Assembly (NCBI GenBank): GCA_964426185.1
Contig: CAYRPF010000038.1
Location: 18,848 to 29,549, forward strand
DNA length: 10,702 bases
Direction: 5' to 3'
Source of the DNA: an uncultured archaeon
GTDB lineage: Archaea > Asgardarchaeota > Lokiarchaeia > Sigyniarchaeales > Promethearchaeaceae
This document shows, piece after piece, positions 1 to 6,588 of this stretch (the first letter of the stretch is position 1; each line of letters starts with the position of its first letter). The notes beneath the pieces were generated by a model, which made no database searches, was not told where the DNA came from, and was given only the letters and a program-made list of their open reading frames with translations. A program made the position numbers and the translations under genes.

Positions 1-5
1 TAAAG

Positions 6-39
6 ATTATACTCTTTATTATAAATATTATACTCTTTA
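6..39. repeat. 13-bp direct repeat ATTATACTCTTTA x2 (6-18, 27-39), 21-bp period
   Basis: Two exact copies read directly in the AT-rich region upstream of the hydrogenase operon. Confidence 0.6.
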
Positions 40-125
40 CTTATTTTGCTACTTTTACGAAATTCGGACTTTTTACCCTAAAATTTGATCTTTTTGCGTA
101 ATCATTCATAATTCTTCAATATCTG

Positions 126-144
126 AAAAAAAGGTATTTAATTA
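126..144 (+). promoter_or_regulatory. Putative archaeal BRE/TATA promoter of the hydrogenase operon
   Basis: Purine run AAAAAAAGG (126-134) followed by TATA-like TTTAATTA (137-144), about 100 nt before ATG 243. The AT-rich background makes this tentative. Confidence 0.35.
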
Positions 145-231
145 TCGAGTGCATTATTAATCATACTAAGCATTTTACCACCTTAAATTATGGGTGGCTA
201 AATCAATAACGCTTTTTTTCTTAACTAAAAT

Positions 232-236
232 GAGGT
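232..236 (+). promoter_or_regulatory. Shine-Dalgarno-like GAGGT for mvhG
   Basis: GAGGT lies 6 nt before ATG 243. Similar AGGTGA (1609-1614) precedes hdrC and GAGTGA (4380-4385) precedes vhuU. Confidence 0.6.
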
Positions 237-242
237 AGAATT

Positions 243-1610
243 ATGGCGAAAGTAGCGTTCATGCAATTAGCTTCATGTTGGGGGTGCCATCAATCACTTT
301 TAGATGCACAACTAACCCTTTTGCATGTCTTGCCCGAATTAGAATTCGTGTATTGGCCGGCCGTTGTAGACTTTAAGCTGGATGATTTAAAAGGTTATCC
401 TGACGGTTCGGTAGATGTCGGGTTTTTAGAAGGGTTTTGTCGGACTGAAGCTGATGTTGCCAATGCCAAATTAATGCGGCAAAAATGCAAGATCATAGTT
501 GCGATGGGCTCCTGCGCAGTATTAGGGGGAGCGCCAGGGATGGCCAATCTTTTCTCACGAGAAGAATTGGAAACCCGAAAATTTATGGATGAAGAATTTG
601 TTGATGCTGGATCTGTGGTTCCAACTGAACATGTGCCAAAAATACTTGATGCAATTCCAGATACTCATGATGTGGTAAAAGTAGATGTCGACTTACCTGG
701 ATGTCCTCCGAAAACTGGAAATATTGTGGGATTAATTGCAGCAGTCTTGGCTCAAATTGATACTAAAGTCGATGCATCTAAATCTATGTGTGATGTATGT
801 CCGCTTTCCACTTGTCTTCTGGATGAGGGCAAATTGTGCTATGGCCCCATCACTGCAGTAGGGGACCCCGTTGGACGAATTGCTGATGGATATCCTGTAT
901 TGGGTGAATTTGGATTAACGAAGGCAGTCCATCAATCAAATGCCGAAAAGCTATTTAATAAAATCTTGTCTAAACCATTTGATGCCGAAGAAGTGCGGAA
1001 ATCAGTAGAAGCTTTGATGTTCGTGCTGGGAAGTAATCCATTGGGTTTCTTGGCTAAAAAGGCAGATCCAGTGCGACGAATTCGCTTAGATCCGGAAAGT
1101 TTAACCACGAAATTGGTTCAAAACAAAGAAATTGTGGATTTTACCGCTGATGGATACCCTGAAATGGTAAATCATATTATCGGAGCCGTCATGGCAGACT
1201 TAAAACGTAATCCACTTTATGAAGATTCGGCCAAAACGGTTTGCTCTTCTTGCGAACGAAATCTAAAAGATAAAGAAGTAGTGCGATACATTCGGGATTA
1301 TGAAGGTTTTCCCGACCAAAAAACTTGCTTCTTACTACAAGGATATGTCTGCATGGGACCGTTGACCTCTACCGGATGCGGTGCGACTTGTATTCGGGCG
1401 AATTCTCCATGTCTCGGATGCTATGGTCCTGCTGAAAATGTGGATGACTACGTGAGTAAAGCTACTAGTTATTTTCCTTCGATTTGCAAAGATACTCCAG
1501 AAAATATCACCGCCTTCTTTAAGGATACTGCGGGATTATTCGGGCGCTTCTGCATTCCCACCAGCAAATTAGGGCATAAATTGTCCGATACTCCCATGGA
1601 GGAAAAGTAG
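243..1610 (+). CDS. mvhG: [NiFe]-hydrogenase small subunit, F420-non-reducing (MvhG/VhuG-like), extended by an internal duplication of the Fe-S domain
   Basis: Proximal-cluster motifs SCWGC, EG, GSCAxxGG and LPGCPP. C-terminal CSSC...CFLLQGYVCMGPLTSTGCGATC...PCLGCYGP is typical of group 3 small subunits. 455 aa versus about 300 aa usual. Confidence 0.9.
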   Translation: MAKVAFMQLASCWGCHQSLLDAQLTLLHVLPELEFVYWPAVVDFKLDDLKGYPDGSVDVGFLEGFCRTEADVANAKLMRQKCKIIVAMGSCAVLGGAPGMANLFSREELETRKFMDEEFVDAGSVVPTEHVPKILDAIPDTHDVVKVDVDLPGCPPKTGNIVGLIAAVLAQIDTKVDASKSMCDVCPLSTCLLDEGKLCYGPITAVGDPVGRIADGYPVLGEFGLTKAVHQSNAEKLFNKILSKPFDAEEVRKSVEALMFVLGSNPLGFLAKKADPVRRIRLDPESLTTKLVQNKEIVDFTADGYPEMVNHIIGAVMADLKRNPLYEDSAKTVCSSCERNLKDKEVVRYIRDYEGFPDQKTCFLLQGYVCMGPLTSTGCGATCIRANSPCLGCYGPAENVDDYVSKATSYFPSICKDTPENITAFFKDTAGLFGRFCIPTSKLGHKLSDTPMEEK

Positions 1611-1621
1611 GTGATGAAAAA

Positions 1622-2140
1622 ATGGTAAAAGTAGATTTAAACCTGAAACGTGCCGTATTGGATTTGATGATAGATGGAGATAAAATATCCTACTGTTTCC
1701 AATGTGGAAAATGCAACGACGTGTGTCCCATTTCTGCCCGCTGGGGTTCCCGTTATAATCCCAGAGATATCGTTTTGTTCTCCGCCTTGGGCTATAAGGA
1801 GGCACTGGTTAACGCGGTGGTAAGAGATCCATTTATCTTATGGGGCTGCACCACTTGTGAAACATGCGATGAGAAGTGTCCCGCGGAAATTCCGATCACA
1901 GATATAATTTCTATGTTGAAAAATCTTTCAGTTTCTTTAGGAGTTACGCCGGATTTCTATCCGAGTTCTGCCAGTCAGATTATGGAGCACGGTATGGCCA
2001 TTCCGGTGCAAGCTGCGGTGGAAAAGCGCCGTGAAAAATTAGGTATTGGAATTGCACCAGAAATTCCAGTCGATGAAGTGCAGAAAATCATGAAAGCCAC
2101 CGGTATTGAAAAACTGGTGAAAAAGGAGGAAAGTGCATAA
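1622..2140 (+). CDS. hdrC: Heterodisulfide reductase subunit C (2x[4Fe-4S])
   Basis: CFQCGKCNDVCP and WGCTTCETCDEKCP ferredoxin motifs, YNPR motif, directly upstream of hdrB. Confidence 0.92.
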   Translation: MVKVDLNLKRAVLDLMIDGDKISYCFQCGKCNDVCPISARWGSRYNPRDIVLFSALGYKEALVNAVVRDPFILWGCTTCETCDEKCPAEIPITDIISMLKNLSVSLGVTPDFYPSSASQIMEHGMAIPVQAAVEKRREKLGIGIAPEIPVDEVQKIMKATGIEKLVKKEESA

Positions 2141-3024
2141 TGACAGAATATAAATTATTCCCGGGCTGTTTTATTCAAAATCGAATTCCATTTATTGAAG
2201 CCTCTGCGAAATTTGTGTTTGAGCAACTGGGTGTGCAGCAATCAGCCGGTAAATTTGGATGCTGTCCTAACCCAGTCGGTTTACGCTTTGTAGATGAAAA
2301 AACTTGGGCTGCTCTCGGAGCTCGCAATCTAGCTGAAGCGGAGGCGGAAGGAAAACCCATAATGTCGTTATGTAATGGTTGTTATCAATCCTTGGCGGTA
2401 GTGGATCACGAACTTAAACACAACGCCAATTTAAAATCCGAAGTAAACAATATTCTAGCCGAAGTGGGTAAAGAATACAAAGGAACCATCCGCGTGGAGC
2501 ATTTTGTCAGAGTACTGCATGATGAGGTGGGATTGGAGGCTATAAAGAGCAAAATTACCAAACCTCTCACCGGCTTGAAAGTGGCTTTGCATCCCGGTTG
2601 CCACTATGCTCGACCTTCTCATATTCTTAAGGGAGAAGATCCCTTCGATTTGCACTATCTACGGGATTTGGTAGAAGTTACCGGCGCTACGGTAGTGGAT
2701 TATCCTCAAGAAGAATTATGTTGCGGAAATGGTGTTCGCAATTCTGATCCTTATACTGCGAATACTATGCTGAAAGCTAAAATTGACGGCGCTTTAGCCG
2801 CCGGAGCCGATTGTTTTACTGTAAATTGCCCTGCTTGTTTTCAACAGATGGATGCCGAACAGCGTAATTTGAAAGAATTGGCAGAAGAAGGGCAAGAATA
2901 CAAGTTTCCAACGTTTTATATTACAGAATTACTGGCGATGGCCATGGGAAAGACACCGAAAGACATCGGAGTGAATTTTCATCGAAATAAAGGGAAAAAT
3001 GCTCTAGGAAAGGTGGGATTATAA
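2140..3024 (+). CDS. hdrB: Heterodisulfide reductase subunit B (two CCG domains)
   Basis: FPGC...GCCP...ARNL...LCNGCY and HPGCH...LCCG...NCPACFQQMD. TAATG stop/start overlap with hdrC. Confidence 0.93.
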   Translation: MTEYKLFPGCFIQNRIPFIEASAKFVFEQLGVQQSAGKFGCCPNPVGLRFVDEKTWAALGARNLAEAEAEGKPIMSLCNGCYQSLAVVDHELKHNANLKSEVNNILAEVGKEYKGTIRVEHFVRVLHDEVGLEAIKSKITKPLTGLKVALHPGCHYARPSHILKGEDPFDLHYLRDLVEVTGATVVDYPQEELCCGNGVRNSDPYTANTMLKAKIDGALAAGADCFTVNCPACFQQMDAEQRNLKELAEEGQEYKFPTFYITELLAMAMGKTPKDIGVNFHRNKGKNALGKVGL

Positions 3025-4361
3025 TGAGTCCAGATAAAGTATATGAAGTAGAACCTGTAACAAGGTTAGAAGGGCACGGTGGTTTACGTTTAGTGCTGGC
3101 TGAAGATGGAAAGACTGTAAAGGATGTTCAATTTAATATTACCAGCACCCGCTTCTTTGAAAAGCTCTGTGAAGGTAGATTTGCAGAACATGTTCCACGG
3201 ATTACAAACAGAATTTGCGGTATTTGTCCAGTACCTCATCACCTCGCAGCAACCAAATCTGTAGAAAAAGCATGGGATGTAGAAATTCCCCCAGCCGCCT
3301 ATAAATTACGGCAGTTATTCATGAACGCAAAGCAGTATAGCAGTCATTTATTGCATTTTTTTGCATTAGCTGCTCCCGATTTTCTCTACGGTCCTTTTGC
3401 CCCAGCTGCAAAACGAAATGTAGTGTCTGTAATCAAAGATATGCCCGATGTTGGAGCCATGGCTTTGAAAATGATGGATTTCGGTCAAAATATCTGTGCA
3501 GCCATTGGTGGAAAAGCCGTGGGACCAATTGCAGGTATTGTAGGTGGTATGCGTAATCCACTTTCATCGGATGCTCGAGATGGTTTTCTCGCTCAAATTC
3601 CTGAACAACTCGAATACGTAAAGAAAACTGTAGATCTCGCCAAAAAAGTAGTTACTGATTATTGGGATGTAATTGCTAACCTTGCTGTAACCGAAACTTA
3701 TTATTGCGGTGTGGCTAAAAAGGTTAACGGAGAACTCGTGCATGAAATTTACGATGGTGATTTGGTGGTTGTCACCCCCGACGGCGAGAAGAAGGTTTAC
3801 GATCCCCAGAATTACTTAGAAGCCATCGGAGAACATATTCCTTCCCACTCCTATGCAACCCACACATATTATAAACCCGTTGGATATCCAGCTGGGATTT
3901 ATCGAACCAATTCCTTGGCAATGATCAACGCTTGCGATAGAATGTCTACTCCGATAGCCGAAGATGCTCGAAAAGAACTGGTAAAAGCATGTGTCGGCAA
4001 TGGTGGAAAAGTTATTCATCACACTTTTGCGTATCATTGGGCACGAATTGTAGAGACAGTGGAAGCCTTTGAGTTGTGTGTGCAGTATCTCAAAGATCCA
4101 GATATTCTCAGTACCGATATCAAAACTTTGGATGTAAAACCCAAAGCTGGACGTGGAGTAGGGATGGTTGATGCACCCCGTGGAAATTTAATTTACGATA
4201 TGAAAACCGATACCGATGGAATCTGCCGTAAATTGAATATTTTGGTTGCCACCAATCACAACATCGCGGGTATAGAAAAGAGCGTGAAACACGCTGCCCA
4301 GCAAATTTTTGAGCAAGATGTTTTATCCAAAATTAAACTACCGGATCCTATGCTCAAGTAA
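3024..4361 (+). CDS. vhuA: [NiFe(Se)]-hydrogenase large subunit, N-terminal part (MvhA/VhuA-like), lacking the C-terminal DPCxxCxxH motif
   Basis: VTRLEGHG, RFFE, L1 motif RICGICPVPH, HWAR, APRG and VATNHN are present. The protein ends at ...KLPDPMLK with no L2 motif. TAATG overlap with hdrB. Confidence 0.92.
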   Translation: MSPDKVYEVEPVTRLEGHGGLRLVLAEDGKTVKDVQFNITSTRFFEKLCEGRFAEHVPRITNRICGICPVPHHLAATKSVEKAWDVEIPPAAYKLRQLFMNAKQYSSHLLHFFALAAPDFLYGPFAPAAKRNVVSVIKDMPDVGAMALKMMDFGQNICAAIGGKAVGPIAGIVGGMRNPLSSDARDGFLAQIPEQLEYVKKTVDLAKKVVTDYWDVIANLAVTETYYCGVAKKVNGELVHEIYDGDLVVVTPDGEKKVYDPQNYLEAIGEHIPSHSYATHTYYKPVGYPAGIYRTNSLAMINACDRMSTPIAEDARKELVKACVGNGGKVIHHTFAYHWARIVETVEAFELCVQYLKDPDILSTDIKTLDVKPKAGRGVGMVDAPRGNLIYDMKTDTDGICRKLNILVATNHNIAGIEKSVKHAAQQIFEQDVLSKIKLPDPMLK

Positions 4362-4390
4362 ACTAAAATATAAACTAAAGAGTGAAAATT

Positions 4391-4540
4391 ATGGTCGAAG
4401 TAAATGAAAATATTCTCAATCTACTCGAAATGGTTATTCGCTGCTATGACTGCTGATTATCTTGTGCAGCCCATATAACTATTGTAGATCCGGATGGGAC
4501 CGAACGAGTCATTCGAAAACTCGAAGTAGATTGTGGATAA
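4391..4540 (+). CDS. vhuU: Selenocysteine-containing hydrogenase small peptide VhuU (49 aa; TGA at 4454-4456 = Sec22): MVEVNENILNLLEMVIRCYDC-U-LSCAAHITIVDPDGTERVIRKLEVDCG
   Basis: Manual translation from ATG 4391 to TAA 4538-4540. NLLEMVIRxYDx-U-xSCAAH matches the L2 segment missing from the upstream large subunit, with TGA at the Ni-ligating Cys/Sec position. SD-like GAGTGA upstream. Same architecture as Methanococcus vhuA/vhuU. Confidence 0.9.
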
Positions 4541-4550
4541 TTTGCATAAA

Positions 4551-4616
4551 TCCCCCACCTGATGCATTTTTCTCGTAAACCACGGAGAAAAAGAAGGGTC
4601 TTGCCCAAGACGGGGA
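4551..4616 (+). promoter_or_regulatory. Structured 3' UTR element, candidate SECIS for vhuU
   Basis: Closing stem TCCCC(4551-4555)/GGGGA(4612-4616). Hairpin TTTTTCTCGT-AAACC-ACGGAGAAAAA (4567-4592) flanked by TGAT (4560-4563) and AGAA (4592-4595). GAA-GGG-TCTTG-CCC-A at 4593-4607. It lies between the vhuU stop and the terminator-like hairpin. Confidence 0.55.
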
Positions 4617-4632
4617 ATAAATAAAAACAAAT

Positions 4633-4653
4633 CGGTGTTATCACCGTTTTTTT
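4633..4653 (+). terminator. Hairpin plus oligo-T, putative terminator of the hydrogenase operon
   Basis: CGGTG-TTAT-CACCG followed by T7 and a further pyrimidine tract. Confidence 0.6.
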
Positions 4654-4732
4654 CCTTTCTTATTTGAAATTGAGTTGATAACCTCGAGAGAAATCCTAAA
4701 AAAGGGTGGCACCTTAACTCGTTTGACGAGCT

Positions 4733-5392
4733 GTGGTGGGGAAATCCATAACTAAGCATCATAATTGGCAATTGGTTCTGAGAAAAATTTTATCCTATAT
4801 CTACGAACCTTGTCAAGAAAATGAGATAGAATTTATTATTACGGGATCTACCTCTTCAGCACTGCAAAAATGTCCTATTATTCCAGCAAATATTGATATA
4901 TTAGTGAAGAATCCTGAAAGCGTTAATTTCATTGCAGACCTGCTGAAACCATTTGAACTCCAAACTAGGAATTCAACTGATTCTGAAGTGTGGCTTTCTT
5001 CCAAGCAAAATCGTGTATTTATCTTTGATAACAAGGAAAAAGATGAATTATGGCACATGGGGCGATGGATGGTGAAAGGAATGCAAGTAGAAGTGGCATT
5101 CATTCAATCTCAAACTATGCTAGACAAATCCCGTGAGGAAGGTTATATTTGGGAAAATGGACCGGATATGTATGCTCATACCTTGCGATTTTCTTTTCAA
5201 AATTATTTTGTTCAAGTTGTTCCTTTAGAGATCCAATTATCTTCACTATTTTTACGTGATAAATTAGATCGCATCAAAAAAATCGTTCAATTATTTATTT
5301 CTGAAGGATGTAATAGGGATTTATTGATGCATGCTTTAAAAATTTCAGATTTTCAAACAGTTCAACAATATTTCGAAAACCATCCCGCTTAG
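4733..5392 (+). CDS. Nucleotidyltransferase-superfamily (Pol beta fold) protein, function unknown; start uncertain (GTG)
   Basis: IITGSTSSALQ...PANIDILV resembles the hG[GS]x(9-13)Dh[DE]h signature, with the first Asp replaced by Asn. A later VEVA strand may carry the third acidic residue. Confidence 0.6.
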   Translation: MVGKSITKHHNWQLVLRKILSYIYEPCQENEIEFIITGSTSSALQKCPIIPANIDILVKNPESVNFIADLLKPFELQTRNSTDSEVWLSSKQNRVFIFDNKEKDELWHMGRWMVKGMQVEVAFIQSQTMLDKSREEGYIWENGPDMYAHTLRFSFQNYFVQVVPLEIQLSSLFLRDKLDRIKKIVQLFISEGCNRDLLMHALKISDFQTVQQYFENHPA

Positions 5393-5443
5393 AGAAACAC
5401 ACTATTATCTTAACATGATTAGTGGCTAAGGACCGCATCTGAA

Positions 5444-6427
5444 TTATGGGATGTTGCGTGGAGTTGCTCGAATTCCCAACATTTCTCGTGCTTGTGCTGG
5501 AGTGGCAACTTTTCGGTTAAGTTCTTTTACAATTCGGGCTGCGCGTTCCACTAACTGTGCATTACTGGAAACCATTTGGCTCCGTGCATAATAAATATTG
5601 TCTTCTAAACCAACACGAAGATGTCCGCCCATCAATGCGGCTAGTGTGGTCATTTGAAGTTGATTTCTCCCCACACCTGCACATAACCAGAGAGAATCTT
5701 CTGGGAATTCTTTCAATAACTGAATCACATTTTCCACAGTTGCGTAACTCGAAGTTTGGTATCCCATCACAGTTTGTAGCCAATACGGTTTTTTAAGCAA
5801 ACACTTGGCGATAAGATCTTGTACAACCCAATGAGACCCGGGATGATAGATTTCTACTTCGGGCTTGATATCACGTTTTAACATCTCAGAGGCGAATTTT
5901 TCTACAATTCCATATGAATAAGGGACACACTCGTCGGAGACAAATTCTGGATATGGATCTGGAAGGGGAGGATTGCGTGCTTTCATTTTGTAACGTCCCA
6001 TATCAGGAACAGTGTTTAATGAAGCAATTTCACATCCTGCATCGAGACAAGAGAGTCTGTCTTCCATGGTTGAGGTTAAGCCGCCTCCTGTGGTATTGTT
6101 GATAATGATATCGGGACATTTTTCCCGTACTTTTCGATTAACTTCGATCCACGTTTCTGTTTTAGTTGCAGGGTGAGCTTGCCTTTCTGGATCTCGGGCA
6201 TGAATGTGTACCATGCTAGCTCCAGCTTTATAAGCTTCATATACGGAATCTGCAATTTCATCTGCTGTTTCGGGGATCGCAGGGTTGGATTCCTTTCCTT
6301 GTATTCCACCGTTAATGCAAACACATAAGATCGCTGGTGGTAATCCCTTTCTGAGCATTCCTAAGTATTCGAAGGTATCGGTGTAATCAAAAATATATTC
6401 TTTCCATTTTATACTTTCATTTGACAT
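5444..6427 (-). CDS. Beta-keto acid cleavage enzyme (BKACE / 3-keto-5-aminohexanoate cleavage protein, DUF849 family)
   Basis: NPAIPETADEIA..AGASMVHIHARD (HxH metal ligands), TTGG, KPEVEIY, GGHLRVGLEDN, SNAQLV and ATPAQAREMLG. ATG at 6427 is preferred over GTG 6436. Confidence 0.9.
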   Translation of the reverse strand: MSNESIKWKEYIFDYTDTFEYLGMLRKGLPPAILCVCINGGIQGKESNPAIPETADEIADSVYEAYKAGASMVHIHARDPERQAHPATKTETWIEVNRKVREKCPDIIINNTTGGGLTSTMEDRLSCLDAGCEIASLNTVPDMGRYKMKARNPPLPDPYPEFVSDECVPYSYGIVEKFASEMLKRDIKPEVEIYHPGSHWVVQDLIAKCLLKKPYWLQTVMGYQTSSYATVENVIQLLKEFPEDSLWLCAGVGRNQLQMTTLAALMGGHLRVGLEDNIYYARSQMVSSNAQLVERAARIVKELNRKVATPAQAREMLGIRATPRNIP

Positions 6428-6588
6428 AACAACCACTAATTCTTAGTATGTTTTATTCGTGTTTAAATAGATCTATATAGCGCTCCGAACTACCATTTAC
6501 CAAGCAATTACAAATGTTTATTTAATCTTTTACTAAATTTTGGATATTTCTGACCGCTCTTCTCAATGAATCTTATTGGTGGTGTGAT

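Noticed and set aside
178-197. Hairpin CCACC/GGTGG in the putative 5' leader of mvhG as a riboswitch or 5' SECIS
   Set aside because: Only a short stem with no recognisable aptamer or SECIS core.
1569-4037. Minus-strand ORFs 1569-1805, 2175-2360, 2455-2655 and 3816-4037
   Set aside because: Short shadow ORFs antisense to well-supported hydrogenase/Hdr genes.
3024-4540. Large subunit as a truncated or frameshifted pseudogene, and the TGA at 4454 as a nonsense mutation
   Set aside because: The split point, the separate SD and ATG, and the TGA exactly at the known Sec position reproduce the established VhuA/VhuU architecture. All other catalytic motifs are intact.
4551-4616. Hammerhead ribozyme (CUGAUG...stem...GAA three-way junction)
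   Set aside because: The core reads CUGAUGCA and GAAG instead of CUGANGA and GAAA, and there is no UH cleavage site at the stem III/I junction.
4672-4720. tRNA-like cloverleaf (possible tRNA-Sec)
   Set aside because: Only about 49 nt, with no T-loop or D-loop consensus and no UCA anticodon arm.
4444-4771. Minus-strand ORFs 4444-4644 and 4457-4771
   Set aside because: They are antisense to vhuU, its 3' UTR and the terminator, and have no recognisable motifs.
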